From the NCBI GenBank assembly GCA_046758745.1, contig JBHIAV010000004.1:1-64000 (forward strand): a stretch of DNA of 64,000 bases, read 5' to 3'. The first letter of the stretch is position 1, and every line of letters starts with the position of its first letter. A model generated the notes under the pieces. It saw only the letters and a program-made list of their open reading frames with translations. It was not told where the DNA came from and made no database searches. The translations under genes and the position numbers were made by a program. This stretch comes from Gemmatimonadota bacterium. GTDB lineage: Bacteria; Gemmatimonadota; Gemmatimonadetes; Palauibacterales; Palauibacteraceae. Shown piece after piece: positions 40,897 to 52,184 of the stretch.

Positions 40897-42444
40897 TCAG
40901 TCCGCTCGGGTGGGCTCCGCCTCCACCTCCACCGGAGCAGCGGGCCCCTCCAGCGGCACGACGAGGCGCGGCTGGAGATCGGCGCCCACCCGCTCCGCTC
41001 CCCGGAGGGCGAGGCCCGGGAAAACTCCGGACCCGAGGATCGCCAGGACAGAAACGCCGGCCGCAACACGGAACGCGAGTCCGGCCGGGGCGGGCAGAGG
41101 CAGATCCTCCGGCGCGTCCTCGAAGTACATCTTCCACACCACGCGCAGGTAGTAGTAATAGGAGATGAAGCTCGTCAGCACGAGCGTGATGGCCAGCGTC
41201 ACCTCTCCGGCGTCGAGCGCCGCGCGCAGCAGGTACAGCTTGCCGACGAATCCTCCGGTCGGTGGGAAGCCGGCGAGCGACAACAGGAAAACCACCAGGC
41301 TCGCGGCGAGGAGCGGGCGCCGCCATCCGAGGCCTCGGTAGTCGGCCAGCTTCCCGCGCCGGTCTCCCTCTCCGGCCACCACGTACACGATCGCGAACGC
41401 GCCGAGAGTCATCGCGGCATAGACGGCGAGGTAGAAGATCGAGGCGGCCCGGCCGAGCGCGCCGGCCGACACGACGCCGACGAGCAGGTAGCCGGCGTGC
41501 GCGATCGAGGAGTAGGCCAGCATGCGCTTCACGTTGTCTTCCACAAGTGCGACGAGGTTCGGCACGATCATCGACAGGACGGCCAGCCACCAGAGCACCG
41601 TCTGCCACACGGCCGCTGCGGGGGCGAGCTCCACCGTCACGATCCGCACCAGCGCCAGGAACGCGGCCGCCTTCACCCCGGCCGCCATGTAGCCGGTGAC
41701 CGGCGTGGGTGCCCCCTCGTAGGCGTCGGGCGTCCACATGTGGAAGGGGACGGCCGAGATCTTGAAGGCGAAGCCGACGAGGAGGAGGCCCAGACCGGCC
41801 ACGAGGAGCGGGTTGCCGGAGCCGGCTCCGCGTACGACTTCGGCGGTCACCAGCGCCAGGTTGGTGCTGCCTGTCGCCCCGAACAGCAGGGCGATGCCGT
41901 ACAGCAGAAAGCCGCTCGCAAACGCCCCGATCAGGAAGTACTTGAGGCCGGCTTCCGCGGAGCGCGGATCCCGCCGGTTCATGCTGGCAAGGACGTAGAT
42001 CGAGATCGACATGAGCTCGAGTCCCATGAAGACCATGATGAGGTCGCGCGCTCCGGCGAGCAGCATCATGCCGACGGTGGCCAGGAGGACGAGAGCGTAG
42101 AACTCGCCGAGATCGAGTCCCTCCCGGCGCAAGTAGTCGAACGCAAAGAGGATGCCGAGGAGCGTGGCGCCGAGGAAGAGGAAGTTCGCCGCCACGCGGA
42201 ACGTATCCACGGCGATCATACCGCTCCGTCCCGGCACCTCGACTGTGAGCAGCCAGGCGTTCGCCGCCGCTGACGCCACCACCCCGAGAAGCGCCAGGCC
42301 GGCGGCCGTGCGTCCCGGCGACCGCCCCTCCCGGACGCGCCCGAACACGCCGGCCAGAAGTGCCGCGATGGCCGCCACCGCGAGAATGCTCTCCGGAAGG
42401 AGGGCGATCAGATAGTGTAGCTGCGACCCAAAGTCGAGGATCAC
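40897..42444 (-). CDS. nuoN: NADH-quinone oxidoreductase subunit N
   Basis: 'EAGLKYF', 'FKISAVPFHMWTPDAYEGAP', 'KRMLAYSSI'. Confidence 0.96.
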   Translation of the reverse strand: MILDFGSQLHYLIALLPESILAVAAIAALLAGVFGRVREGRSPGRTAAGLALLGVVASAAANAWLLTVEVPGRSGMIAVDTFRVAANFLFLGATLLGILFAFDYLRREGLDLGEFYALVLLATVGMMLLAGARDLIMVFMGLELMSISIYVLASMNRRDPRSAEAGLKYFLIGAFASGFLLYGIALLFGATGSTNLALVTAEVVRGAGSGNPLLVAGLGLLLVGFAFKISAVPFHMWTPDAYEGAPTPVTGYMAAGVKAAAFLALVRIVTVELAPAAAVWQTVLWWLAVLSMIVPNLVALVEDNVKRMLAYSSIAHAGYLLVGVVSAGALGRAASIFYLAVYAAMTLGAFAIVYVVAGEGDRRGKLADYRGLGWRRPLLAASLVVFLLSLAGFPPTGGFVGKLYLLRAALDAGEVTLAITLVLTSFISYYYYLRVVWKMYFEDAPEDLPLPAPAGLAFRVAAGVSVLAILGSGVFPGLALRGAERVGADLQPRLVVPLEGPAAPVEVEAEPTRAD

Positions 42445-42454
42445 CCGTGGCCTC

Positions 42455-44029
42455 TCAGTCCGTCCCGTCCCCGCCGAGCACTGGGAGCCGGTCGAACCGG
42501 ATCTCGAGCTCCCCCATCGTCACCGGCGCCTGCCGGGCCCGGCGTTCGGTCTGCTCCAGGAGCGCATCCACCGATGGCGCCAGCCGATCCAGGAACGGCT
42601 GCGGGTAGACGCCGATCAGCAGGATCATCGCCAGGACCGGGACGAGAATCAGCCGCTCCCGGGGCACGAGATCCGCGAGGCGCCGATTCTCCTCCCGCTC
42701 CGCCGGACCGAGGAGCACCCGCTGCACCATGGGAAGCATGTAGCAGGCGGCGAAGATCACCCCCGTGGCGGCGAGGAAGGCCGCGATCGGATGGGTGCGG
42801 AATGTCCCGAGAAGGATCAGGAATTCCCCGACGAAGCCGTTCGTTCCCGGGAGGCCGATCGAGCTCAGCGCGACCACCACGAACGCCCCGGCGAACATCG
42901 GCATCGCCTTCGCGATCCCGCCGAAATCCTCGATGAGACGGGTGTGGCGTCGCTCGTACAGCATACCGACGAGCAGGAAGAGGGCGCCCGTCGAGACGCC
43001 GTGGTTCACCATCTGCAGGATGCCCCCCTGCATCCCCTGCGCAGTGAAAGCGAACAGCCCCAGCATCACGAAGCCGAGGTGTGCCACCGAGGTGTACGCC
43101 ACGAGCTTCTTGGCATCCGGCTGAACGGCCGCCACCCAGGCTCCGTACAGGATGCCGATGAGGGAGAGGAGGATGATCGTGTTCACCACCGCCTGGCTGG
43201 TCGCGGCGTGCGAGAAGAACGGAAGGGCGAAGCGCAAAAAGCCGTAGCCTCCAAGCTTCAGCAGGACCCCCGCCAGGATCACCGACCCGGCCGTGGGGGC
43301 GTCGACGTGCGCGTCCGGAAGCCACGTGTGCAGCGGAAAGAGCGGCACCTTGATGGCGAAGGCGAGCGCGAAGGCGCCAAACAGCCAGAACTGCAGCCCA
43401 CGCGCGATCGGGAGCTGCACCAGGTCGTTGTACGCGAAGGTCAGGATCCCGTACTCCCTGTGGTACAGGTAGACCAGCGCCACGATCGCCACGAGCATGA
43501 GCAGCGAGCCCACCGCGGTGAACAGGAAGAACTTGATCGCAGAGTAGATTCGGCGGCCCCCTCCCCACACCCCGATGATGAAGTACATCGGGATGAGAGT
43601 GACCTCCCAGAACAGATAGAAGAGGAAGAGGTCGAACGACACGAACACGCCCAGCATACCGGTGAGAAGCAGCAGGAGCATGGCGTAGAACGCGCGCACG
43701 TGGCGGTCGATGTAGGTGAACGAACCGAGAACCGCGAGTGGCATCACGAACGTCGTGAGCAGGACCATGAGGAGTGAGATCCCGTCCAGCCCGATCGTGT
43801 AGCCGATCCCCCACGTCTCGATCCAGGGAACCGAGACGTAGTTCTGGAGAGCGGCCGTTCCCGAACGGAAGCTGAAGAAGAGCGGTAGGGAGACGGCGAG
43901 CTCGGCTACGCTCACTCCGAAGGCGAGGTGTCGGACGCGTCCCTCCGGAACGATGAAGCACAGCGCCGCCCCGGCCACCGGAAGGGTGATCAGCAGCGTC
44001 AGGACCCAGTGGCTCTCGAAGACGCTCAC
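42455..44029 (-). CDS. nuoM: NADH-quinone oxidoreductase subunit M
   Basis: 'FWEVTLIPMY', 'HTWLPDAH', 'GLPGTNGFVGE'. Confidence 0.96.
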   Translation of the reverse strand: MSVFESHWVLTLLITLPVAGAALCFIVPEGRVRHLAFGVSVAELAVSLPLFFSFRSGTAALQNYVSVPWIETWGIGYTIGLDGISLLMVLLTTFVMPLAVLGSFTYIDRHVRAFYAMLLLLLTGMLGVFVSFDLFLFYLFWEVTLIPMYFIIGVWGGGRRIYSAIKFFLFTAVGSLLMLVAIVALVYLYHREYGILTFAYNDLVQLPIARGLQFWLFGAFALAFAIKVPLFPLHTWLPDAHVDAPTAGSVILAGVLLKLGGYGFLRFALPFFSHAATSQAVVNTIILLSLIGILYGAWVAAVQPDAKKLVAYTSVAHLGFVMLGLFAFTAQGMQGGILQMVNHGVSTGALFLLVGMLYERRHTRLIEDFGGIAKAMPMFAGAFVVVALSSIGLPGTNGFVGEFLILLGTFRTHPIAAFLAATGVIFAACYMLPMVQRVLLGPAEREENRRLADLVPRERLILVPVLAMILLIGVYPQPFLDRLAPSVDALLEQTERRARQAPVTMGELEIRFDRLPVLGGDGTD

Positions 44030-44042
44030 CCCGCCACCCCGT

Positions 44043-46100
44043 TCACAGCAGAAGCGCCGCGAGCATCACGATCACCCCGGTCAGGAAGAAGAAGACGTAG
44101 GCGCCCACCCGACCCGTCTGAAGGAGGCTCCCGACCCACCCGACCAGCCGGCCACCCGAGGCGAACCCGTTCACCGTCCCGTCGATCAGCCTTTCGTCCA
44201 CCAGCTGCCAGCACGCCCGCCACAGTGCGAGGAGCGGCCGCACGATCAGGCGGTCATAGAGCTCGTCCACAAACCACTTGCGGTACGCCAGCCCCGCCAG
44301 TCCTCCGGGCTCGGGGGCTCGGTCGGCCGGGAGATACCGGCGCCGCGCCACCGCCCGGAACGTGAGGAGCACCACCACCACGGCGCCGGCGAACGAGATG
44401 GCCGCCCACGCCGCTTCCCCGCCTCCGACCGGCGAGGCGTGCACGGCCCGGAAGCCGTGATCTTCCATAACCCGTGCCGCTGCCGCGAAGCTCGGCTCGA
44501 GCCACGCGTGCAGCGCCTCGACGTGAGGGAGCGGAAGGGCCTCTCCGATGTTCACCCACCCCCCGACGACCGACAGGATGGCGAGGATGACGAGCGGGAC
44601 CCACATCACCGGCGGTGCCTCACGCAGCTGTGGAGCGGCGTCCGCGCCGGTGCGGTTCTGCCCATGGAAGGTCATCACCATCAGGCGCGTCATGTACGCC
44701 GCCGTGAGCAGGGCGGTGGCCACACCGACTGCCCACAGGATCGAATACCCGCGGGCTCCCGCACTCCAGATGATCTCGTCCTTTGAGAAGAAGCCCGCGA
44801 AGGGGAAGATGCCCGCGATGGCCAGCGTGGCCACCCACATGGTGGCCCAGGTGATCCGCATCGACCTCCTCAGCCCCCCGTGGTTTCGCATGTCGTTCGG
44901 GTCGTCGTGCCGCCCGACGGCGTGCACCGCCCGGTGCACGGCATGGATGACGGCGCCGGCGCCGAGGAAGAGGAGGGCCTTGAAGAAGGCATGCGTCATG
45001 AGGTGGAAGATCCCCGCCGTGAACGCCCCGATACCTACGGCCAGGAACATGTAGCCGAGCTGGGAGATGGTGCTGTACGCCAGGACCTTCTTGATGTCGA
45101 ACTGCTGGGTAGCGATCGTCGCCGCGAACAGCGCGGTCCCGGCCCCGAGGGCGGCGACCACCGCCTGCGAGACCGGTGCCATGGCGAACAACACGCCGGC
45201 GCGGGCCACCAGGTAGACACCGGCCGTTACCATGGTGGCGGCGTGGATGAGGGCCGAGACCGGAGTCGGACCCGCCATGGCATCGGGAAGCCACACGTGC
45301 AACGGGATCTGGGCCGACTTCCCGGTGCAGCCCAGGAAGAGGAGCAGCGTGATGAAGGTCACCACTGCCCCGCCGTAGGTCAGCACCTCCGGGGCCGCGT
45401 CGAAGATCGGGCCGAAATCGAGCGTTCCGAAATGCTGAAACAGGAGGAACATCGCCACCAGGAAGCCGAAGTCCCCGATCCTGTTGACGATGAACGCCTT
45501 CTTGCCCGCGCTCGAGTACTCCCGGTTCTCGTACCAGAACCCGATGAGGAGGTACGAGCAGAGGCCGACGCCTTCCCACCCCACAAACATGAGCGGGAAA
45601 TTTCCGGCCATCACCAGCACGAGCATGAAGAAGACGAAGAGGTTCAGGTACGCGAAGTACCTCGAGTAGCCCGGGTCCTCGCGCATGTAGCCGACGCTAT
45701 ACACGTGGATGATCGCGCTGACGCCCGTCACGATCAGCATCATGAGAACGGAGAGCCGGTCGAACTGCAGGTCGACCGCCACGTTCAGTCCGCCCGAAGC
45801 CATCCACGTCCACAGGGAGACGACGATCGGCCCGTGCGAGCCCGCGGCCCGCATGGCTATGAAGTTGGCTGCGACGACGACGAACGCCCCAACCACGGCG
45901 AGCGGCCCCACGAGGCCCGGGACGCGCTTCTCCTCCCGCCACGCGTAGGCGCCGACCGCGTTGATGGCGAAGCCGAGCAGGGGCAGCAAAAGGATCAAGG
46001 CCGGGAGGATGGGCGCGAACTCCCCGCCCCGGATGCCTGCCGCCACGGCCTCCTGGAAGGCTCCCGCCCACAGAGCGAGGACGCCCGGAGCGGCTACCAT
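44043..46100 (-). CDS. nuoL: NADH-quinone oxidoreductase subunit L
   Basis: '[10 protein letters not shown]', '[21 protein letters not shown]', 'HAFFKALLF'. Confidence 0.96.
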   Translation of the reverse strand: MVAAPGVLALWAGAFQEAVAAGIRGGEFAPILPALILLLPLLGFAINAVGAYAWREEKRVPGLVGPLAVVGAFVVVAANFIAMRAAGSHGPIVVSLWTWMASGGLNVAVDLQFDRLSVLMMLIVTGVSAIIHVYSVGYMREDPGYSRYFAYLNLFVFFMLVLVMAGNFPLMFVGWEGVGLCSYLLIGFWYENREYSSAGKKAFIVNRIGDFGFLVAMFLLFQHFGTLDFGPIFDAAPEVLTYGGAVVTFITLLLFLGCTGKSAQIPLHVWLPDAMAGPTPVSALIHAATMVTAGVYLVARAGVLFAMAPVSQAVVAALGAGTALFAATIATQQFDIKKVLAYSTISQLGYMFLAVGIGAFTAGIFHLMTHAFFKALLFLGAGAVIHAVHRAVHAVGRHDDPNDMRNHGGLRRSMRITWATMWVATLAIAGIFPFAGFFSKDEIIWSAGARGYSILWAVGVATALLTAAYMTRLMVMTFHGQNRTGADAAPQLREAPPVMWVPLVILAILSVVGGWVNIGEALPLPHVEALHAWLEPSFAAAARVMEDHGFRAVHASPVGGGEAAWAAISFAGAVVVVLLTFRAVARRRYLPADRAPEPGGLAGLAYRKWFVDELYDRLIVRPLLALWRACWQLVDERLIDGTVNGFASGGRLVGWVGSLLQTGRVGAYVFFFLTGVIVMLAALLL

Positions 46101-46393
46101 TTAAGCAGATTGAAGCGATCGACGTCCACGACCTCGTAATGGCGGAATATGGCGATGATGATCGCCAGCCCGACCGTAGCCTCGGCCGCCGCCACCGCCA
46201 TGACGAAGAACACGAACACCTGTGCCTCGAGCCCGAGCGTTCGCGAGAACGCCACCAGAGTCAAGTTCGCGGCATTCAGCATCAGCTCGATGCACATGAA
46301 GATGATGATCGCGTTTCGCCGCAGCAGGACACCGGCGACGCCGATCGAAAAGAGCAGCGCGCTGAGAATCAGCGAGTAGCTCTCGATCGCCAT
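46094..46393 (-). CDS. nuoK: NADH-quinone oxidoreductase subunit K
   Basis: 'IELMLNA', '[10 protein letters not shown]'; ATG at 46393. Confidence 0.96.
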   Translation of the reverse strand: MAIESYSLILSALLFSIGVAGVLLRRNAIIIFMCIELMLNAANLTLVAFSRTLGLEAQVFVFFVMAVAAAEATVGLAIIIAIFRHYEVVDVDRFNLLKW

Positions 46394-46400
46394 TGTTGGA

Positions 46401-46928
46401 TCACGGTGCCTTCTTTCTCGCCAGCACGATCGCACCGACCATGGCCACCAAGAGGAGAAGCCCGGTGACCTGGAACGGGACCATGTAGCTTACGAAGAGC
46501 GGTTCGGCTACGGCTCCGACGGCGCCGCGCGCCTGCAGCATGGCCATCACGGTCTCCTCCCCCATTCCGCCGGCCAGTCGCGGACGCTCGCCGCTCTGGA
46601 TGAGCGTGGCGAGGAGGACGAAGAGCGCCGTCCCGACCGCGCCGGCGCCCGCGGCTGCCAACGACCCCCTGCGGTCACTCATCCGCCCGTGTCCGAGGTT
46701 GAGAAGCATGATGACGAAAAGGAAGAGCACCATGATGGCGCCGGCGTACACGATGATCTGAAGCGCTGCGATGAAATGGGCGTCGAGGAGCACGAAGATC
46801 CCGGAGATGGCGAAGAACACCATCACAAGAAACATGAGACTGGCGACAGGGTTGCGACTGACGATCATGGCCAGCGCAGCGGCCACGGCCATCACGGCGA
46901 AGACGAAGAAGAGGAAATCCGTGATCAT
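46401..46928 (-). CDS. nuoJ: NADH-quinone oxidoreductase subunit J
   Basis: '[20 protein letters not shown]'. Confidence 0.96.
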   Translation of the reverse strand: MITDFLFFVFAVMAVAAALAMIVSRNPVASLMFLVMVFFAISGIFVLLDAHFIAALQIIVYAGAIMVLFLFVIMLLNLGHGRMSDRRGSLAAAGAGAVGTALFVLLATLIQSGERPRLAGGMGEETVMAMLQARGAVGAVAEPLFVSYMVPFQVTGLLLLVAMVGAIVLARKKAP

Positions 46929-47422
46929 TCGGAGGCAGGGTCAGCGGGATCCCACAGGGTCGTGAAGGGGTGGTCCTGCTCGCACAGCCGCTCGAGGTCG
47001 TACACCCATCGCTCGCGGCTGTACTCGGCGTTCTCGTAGTGCACCCCCAGGTGGATCGCCTCCACCGGACACACCTCCTGGCAATACCCGCAGAAGATGC
47101 AGCGAAACTCGTCGATCTCGTACACAGCGGCGTAACGCTCCCCGTTCTCGTCCTCCGCCGGGATCAGCTTGATGCAGTTCACCGGACACACGGTGGGACA
47201 CAGCCCGCACGCCACGCACTTCGCCCGTCCATCCTCGTGCGTCGCCATGCGGTGCGTCCCTCGCAGCCGCGGGGAAAGCTCCCACTTCTCATCGGGGTAC
47301 TGCTGGGTCACCTTGTGCGGATTCATAAGGTGCTTCAGGGTCACCCCCATCCCTCCCATGGCTCCCCTCAGGTAGGAGGCCTTCTTCTCCGGCCTCCGCA
47401 CCACCTTCACTTCTCCGGACAT
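46925..47422 (-). CDS. nuoI: NADH-quinone oxidoreductase subunit I
   Basis: Two CxxCxxCxxxCP motifs. Confidence 0.96.
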   Translation of the reverse strand: MSGEVKVVRRPEKKASYLRGAMGGMGVTLKHLMNPHKVTQQYPDEKWELSPRLRGTHRMATHEDGRAKCVACGLCPTVCPVNCIKLIPAEDENGERYAAVYEIDEFRCIFCGYCQEVCPVEAIHLGVHYENAEYSRERWVYDLERLCEQDHPFTTLWDPADPASE

Positions 47423-47441
47423 CGCCGCATCTCCTCCAGCT

Positions 47442-48683
47442 TCAGGTGGCGCTGGGCGGGCGCCGCTGGCGCGAGCCGCTTCCCCGCACCAGAGCCCCCC
47501 GATCGATGGCGAAGAGCAGAATCCCGCCGAGGATCACGTTCAACCCGAAGAGCACGCCGGCGTACAGGGGACCGAACGGCCAGCCCCGTGCTTCGAGTGC
47601 CAGGATGGCGAGGGCGATTACGAGGATGTACACCGTCACCGCCTCGATCACGAACTTCCAGCCGAGGTCCATGAGCTGATCGTACCTGAATCGCGGGAGC
47701 GTCCACCGGATCCACATGAACAGGAAGACGACGAGCGTCGTCTTGACCGAAAACGAACCGAACGTGAGCAGCGTCTTCCACCAGGTCGGAACCCCGAGCA
47801 CCGTTCCGTCCCCCAGCACGCGTACGTTGTCCCCACGCCAGAACGGGATGTCCCACCCGCCGAGGAAGAACACCGTCACCAATGCCGCTGTCGTGATGAC
47901 GTGGGCGAACTCACCCAGCATGAACATGCTGAACTTCATCGACGAGTACTCGGTGTGGTAGCCCGTAACGAGCTCCGCTTCCGCCTCCGGAAGGTCGAAG
48001 GGAAGCCGGTTGGTCTCGGCCAGCCCCGACAGGAAGAAGAAGAAGGCCGAGAGGGCGAGCGGGAAGACGAGCCATGTGCCGAGGGTGGGCGGTCCCCCGG
48101 TGAAGCCTTGCTGGATCGCCACCAGCTCCGGGAGCCGCACGTCCGCCGCAATGAGGAGGACCGGCACGAGGCTGAACGCGAGCCCCACCTCGTAGCTGAT
48201 CATCTGGGCCGAGCCTCGGAGCCCTCCGAGGAACGCGTATTTGCTGTTGGACGCCCACCCGGCCATCACGACGCCATACACCCCGATCGATGAGACGGCG
48301 AGGACGTACAGGAAGCCGACCGGCACATCCGCCACGATGACCTCCACCAGCCCCCAGCGGGTGGGAAGCGGCGAGGCAAAGGGGATTACCGCGAAGAGAA
48401 TGGTCGCGGGGACGATCGCGAGGACCGGCGCGAGGTAGAAGAAAAGCCGGTTCGCCTCCGCCGGCTCCGTCTCCTCCTTCAGGAGGTTCTTCAGCCCGTC
48501 AGCCAGCGCTTGGAGGATCCCGAGGGGCCCGACCCGATTCGGACCGCTCCGGTCTTGGATGAACCCGGCTACCTTCCTCTCCACATAGGTCGCAAGGGCG
48601 ACGAGCACAAGGAGCAACGTGAAGAAGACGATCACCTTGCCGCCCGTGAAGATCAGGAACGCCGTCCCGCTGACCGACTGCAT
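47442..48683 (-). CDS. nuoH: NADH-quinone oxidoreductase subunit H
   Basis: 'ERKV...RSGPNRVG', 'AQMISYE', 'PFDLPEAE', 'PRFRYDQLM'; ATG at 48683. Confidence 0.96.
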   Translation of the reverse strand: MQSVSGTAFLIFTGGKVIVFFTLLLVLVALATYVERKVAGFIQDRSGPNRVGPLGILQALADGLKNLLKEETEPAEANRLFFYLAPVLAIVPATILFAVIPFASPLPTRWGLVEVIVADVPVGFLYVLAVSSIGVYGVVMAGWASNSKYAFLGGLRGSAQMISYEVGLAFSLVPVLLIAADVRLPELVAIQQGFTGGPPTLGTWLVFPLALSAFFFFLSGLAETNRLPFDLPEAEAELVTGYHTEYSSMKFSMFMLGEFAHVITTAALVTVFFLGGWDIPFWRGDNVRVLGDGTVLGVPTWWKTLLTFGSFSVKTTLVVFLFMWIRWTLPRFRYDQLMDLGWKFVIEAVTVYILVIALAILALEARGWPFGPLYAGVLFGLNVILGGILLFAIDRGALVRGSGSRQRRPPSAT

Positions 48684-48691
48684 CCGCCCTC

Positions 48692-50272
48692 CTACCGCAC
48701 CTTCGCCGGCGCGGACGGGACTGAGCGGATCGCCGACCCCCTGAGTCCGAGCGATTCCCACGTGAGCCCTTCGAACGCGGGCACGTTGGCCGCCATGGTC
48801 ACGAACGCGGCGCGGATGTGGAGCGCCACATCGCCCTCCCCGAGGAGCGTGAGGAGGCGGGAAAGAACCATCCAGGCGGGCCGCGCGATCCCCGGCGGCT
48901 GGAGGGCCTGGTGGAAGCGCTGTACGCGGCCCGTGAAATTCGTGAAGGTTCCCTCCATCTCGGCGAAGGTGGCCGTCGGGAGGAGCGCGTCGGCGCTCGC
49001 CGCGGCCGTCGGCAGACGAGGGCCGATGTACAGGAAGAAGGTAGCCTTCCTTCTGAAATCGGCCGGTACATCGGTCAGCGGATCGGCGAGCACGATGAGG
49101 CTCCCGGGGCTCGGGGCCGGCTGGCCGGTCGCGTGCTCGAAGCCGAACAGCTCGGCTCCCGTGGCGTTGGGGGCCCGCTCCGCCCTGAGCTTGAGCCGGG
49201 GAAAGCCATGCAGGGTCGCCTCCCCTCCCTGCTCGACGCGGAAGCTCCCGCCCTCGATGCCGAGCCACTCGAGCAACAGACGGAGGTAGAAGAGGGACTC
49301 GTTCGACTCCTCCGCCGAGACCATGGCCGTTCCGCCCGACTCCGCCTCCAGCTCGCGTGCGACGAAGTCGAGCGCCGACTCCCAATCGGTCGGAACCAGC
49401 CGGTCGTTCTCGCGGACGAGTGGTGTCTCGGCACGGGGGCCTCGGTTGCCCATGACCAGGTGCTTCCGACCGTAGTCGCACATCCAGTAGGAGTTGACGG
49501 CCGCGTTGTACCTCGGCTTCAGCCGGACGATCTGGTTCTCCTTCGCGTCGATCGTGACGTTGCACCCGGTAGAGCAGCCCGGGCAGATGCTCGGCGCGGA
49601 GTCCAGGTCCCACGCGCGAGCTTTGAACAGGAAATCCTCGTGCACGAGGGCACCGACCGGACACACATCCACGATGTTCCCGCGAAACGCGTTCTCCAGA
49701 TCACGCCCGGGGAATGTGTCGATGTACGCCTTGTGCCCGCGCTGCGCCACGACGAGCGTGTCATCCCCCGCCACGTCCCGCATGAAGCGCACGCACCTCG
49801 TGCAGAGGATGCAGCGGTCGGCGAAATACAGGATGTCATCCGCGATGCGGTCCCGACCCAGCACGAGCTTCGCTTCCTCGAACCGGCTGCGCAGCTGCCC
49901 CGTCTCGAAGGCGTAGTCCTGCAGCATGCACTGTCCCGCCGCGTCACAGATCGGGCAGTCGAGAGGGTGGTTGAGCAGCAGGAACTCGATCACCGACTTG
50001 CGAGCGAGCTTCGCATGCTCCGTGTCGGTCCGCACGACCATCCCCTCCTGCACCGCCAACACGCACGAAGGCTGGAGCTTCTGCTGTCCCTCCACCTCGA
50101 CGAGGCACATCCGACACTGAGCCGGACGCGATGGGATGCCCGGATGGTAGCAGTAATGCGGCACGACCACGCCGGCGCGCTCGGCCGCTTCGATCACGAG
50201 GGTCCCGCCGGGCACTCGGATGGGAACCCCGTCGACGCTCAGGCTGATGAGCTCCGCCTCGCCGCTACCCAT
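48692..50272 (-). CDS. nuoG: NADH-quinone oxidoreductase subunit G (short, 526 aa)
   Basis: 'CRMCLVE', 'HPLDCPICD', 'CILCTRC', 'CPVGAL', 'CPGCSTGC'. Confidence 0.93.
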   Translation of the reverse strand: MGSGEAELISLSVDGVPIRVPGGTLVIEAAERAGVVVPHYCYHPGIPSRPAQCRMCLVEVEGQQKLQPSCVLAVQEGMVVRTDTEHAKLARKSVIEFLLLNHPLDCPICDAAGQCMLQDYAFETGQLRSRFEEAKLVLGRDRIADDILYFADRCILCTRCVRFMRDVAGDDTLVVAQRGHKAYIDTFPGRDLENAFRGNIVDVCPVGALVHEDFLFKARAWDLDSAPSICPGCSTGCNVTIDAKENQIVRLKPRYNAAVNSYWMCDYGRKHLVMGNRGPRAETPLVRENDRLVPTDWESALDFVARELEAESGGTAMVSAEESNESLFYLRLLLEWLGIEGGSFRVEQGGEATLHGFPRLKLRAERAPNATGAELFGFEHATGQPAPSPGSLIVLADPLTDVPADFRRKATFFLYIGPRLPTAAASADALLPTATFAEMEGTFTNFTGRVQRFHQALQPPGIARPAWMVLSRLLTLLGEGDVALHIRAAFVTMAANVPAFEGLTWESLGLRGSAIRSVPSAPAKVR

Positions 50273-50334
50273 GCTCTATCGGCCCGACGCCGCCGTGGAT
50301 TCGAACGGGCCTCCCGGAAAGCCGTCTCCCGACA

Positions 50335-51627
50335 TCAGGCGGTAGCGGTACACTGGTGGCGAAGGATGTGCGCTTCGTACTCCTCGCGGAACTTGTCCAG
50401 CGAGGAGCGAAGCGGGAACACCACGCTGTCGGCGAGCACACAGATCGTGCGGCCGGTCAGCTGCTCGCACAGGTCGTACAGGAGGTCTATGTCCGCCAGC
50501 CGACCTTCACCTCCCTCGATGCGACGGAGGATCTCGGTTACCCACGCGGTGCCCTCGCGGCACTGTACGCACTGGCCGCAGGACTCATGGGCATAGAACT
50601 GCGCGATCCGGCGCATCGCTCGCAGGAGGCAGGTCGACTCGTCCATGACGATCGGCGATGCCGTGCCGAGCGAGCTTCCCGCCGCCTGTAACCCCTCGTA
50701 CGTGGTCGGGCAATCGAGCTCGTCGGCGGCCAAGAGCGCGGTGGAGGAGCCTCCCGGAATGACTGCCCGCACCTTCCGTCCGCCCGGGATCCCGCCGCAC
50801 ACCTCGAAGATGATGTCCTTGAGGGGGACGCCGAGCTCAAGCTCGTAGTTGCCGGGACGGTCGAGGTGGCCCGAGCAGCACCACAGCTTGGTGCCGGGAC
50901 TCTGCTCGCTCCCCCACTGCCGGTACCACGTCGGCCCGTTGGAGAGGATCATCGGAACGGTAGCGAGCGTCTCGACGTTGTTCACCGTCGTCGGCTTGCC
51001 GAAAACCCCGGCTTGGGCCGGGAAAGGCGGCTTCGCTCGCGGCTCGGCCCGGCCGCCCTGCAGGGAGCTCATCAGGCCCGTCTCCTCCCCCGCGATGTAG
51101 GCGCCCGCCCCGATGTGCACGGTGACGTCGCAGTCCCACCCGCTGCCCAGGATGTTGCGGCCGATCAGCCCAGCTTCGTAGGCCTCCGTGACCGCGGCAT
51201 TCAGGACCCGCACCACGGGAAAGAACTCGCCACGCACGTAGATGTAGACGTGCTCTGCGCGGATGGCGCGGGCGGCGATCAGGCACCCCTCTATGAGCAG
51301 GTGCGGGGTCCAGCGAAGGATCTCCCGGTCCTTGAAGGCGCCGGGCTCGCTCTCATCGGCGTTGCAGCAAAGGTAATGCGGCTGCCCGTCGTCCCTCGGC
51401 ATGAAGCTCCACTTCATGCCCGTCGGGAAGCCGGCTCCTCCCCTGCCTCGCAGCCCGGAGTCCTTCACCACCTTCGTGATCTCCTCGGGTGACATCCGGA
51501 GCGCCTGCCCGAGCGCCTCGTATCCCTCCATGCGCCGCCATGCCTCGAGCGTGCGGGCGGATGGGTCCCCCATGTGACGTGAGAGGAGCGTCCCCACCTC
51601 GAGCGGATGCGAGTGCGGATAGCCCAT
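50335..51627 (-). CDS. nuoF: NADH-quinone oxidoreductase subunit F
   Basis: 'GRGGAGFPTG', 'NADESEPG', 'ESCGQCVQCREG'. Confidence 0.97.
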   Translation of the reverse strand: MGYPHSHPLEVGTLLSRHMGDPSARTLEAWRRMEGYEALGQALRMSPEEITKVVKDSGLRGRGGAGFPTGMKWSFMPRDDGQPHYLCCNADESEPGAFKDREILRWTPHLLIEGCLIAARAIRAEHVYIYVRGEFFPVVRVLNAAVTEAYEAGLIGRNILGSGWDCDVTVHIGAGAYIAGEETGLMSSLQGGRAEPRAKPPFPAQAGVFGKPTTVNNVETLATVPMILSNGPTWYRQWGSEQSPGTKLWCCSGHLDRPGNYELELGVPLKDIIFEVCGGIPGGRKVRAVIPGGSSTALLAADELDCPTTYEGLQAAGSSLGTASPIVMDESTCLLRAMRRIAQFYAHESCGQCVQCREGTAWVTEILRRIEGGEGRLADIDLLYDLCEQLTGRTICVLADSVVFPLRSSLDKFREEYEAHILRHQCTATA

Positions 51628-51635
51628 GGCAGAGT

Positions 51636-52184
51636 TCAGCCGAGCCCGTCCAGGATCTCCCGGACAGACTCGGGAGTCACGTTCTCGTAGTACTCATCGT
51701 TGATCTGAACGACCGTGGCGAACCCGCACGCCCCGAGGCATTCGACCTCCAGCACCGTGAACCGCCCGTCCTCGGAGACCTCTCCCGGCCGCGTGCCCGT
51801 CTCCTCGAGGAAGCTGCGAAGGACATCGTCCGCCCGGTTCAGGTGACATGAGATGTTGGTGCACACCTGGATCACGTGCTTCCCGAGCGGATGGCGGTTG
51901 TACATGGTGTAGAAGGTGGCGACCGAATGGACGTGCGCCGGTGTGAGATCCAGCGCATCGGCGATCTCCACCATGGCCTCCGGCGACACCCAACCGTTAC
52001 GCTCCTGGGCGTAGTTGAGCAGGGGGAGCAGCGCGGCTCGCTTCTCCGGATACCGGCTCAGCGCCTTCGCCAGCCGATCGCGACCCTCATCGTCGGCGAA
52101 CAGCGCCTCGACGGGACGCCTCTCCGCCAGCATGAACGGCTGTGCCCCGACCACGGCCGGGTGGATTCCCTCGGTCAACGCCAC
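51636..52184 (-). CDS. nuoE: NADH-quinone oxidoreductase subunit E
   Basis: 'VATFYTMY', 'CTNISC', 'CLGACG'; start uncertain. Confidence 0.95.
   Translation of the reverse strand: MALTEGIHPAVVGAQPFMLAERRPVEALFADDEGRDRLAKALSRYPEKRAALLPLLNYAQERNGWVSPEAMVEIADALDLTPAHVHSVATFYTMYNRHPLGKHVIQVCTNISCHLNRADDVLRSFLEETGTRPGEVSEDGRFTVLEVECLGACGFATVVQINDEYYENVTPESVREILDGLG

Noticed and set aside
50276-50334. 19-codon ORF coupled to the nuoF stop
   Set aside because: Too short, no motif and no repeat structure.
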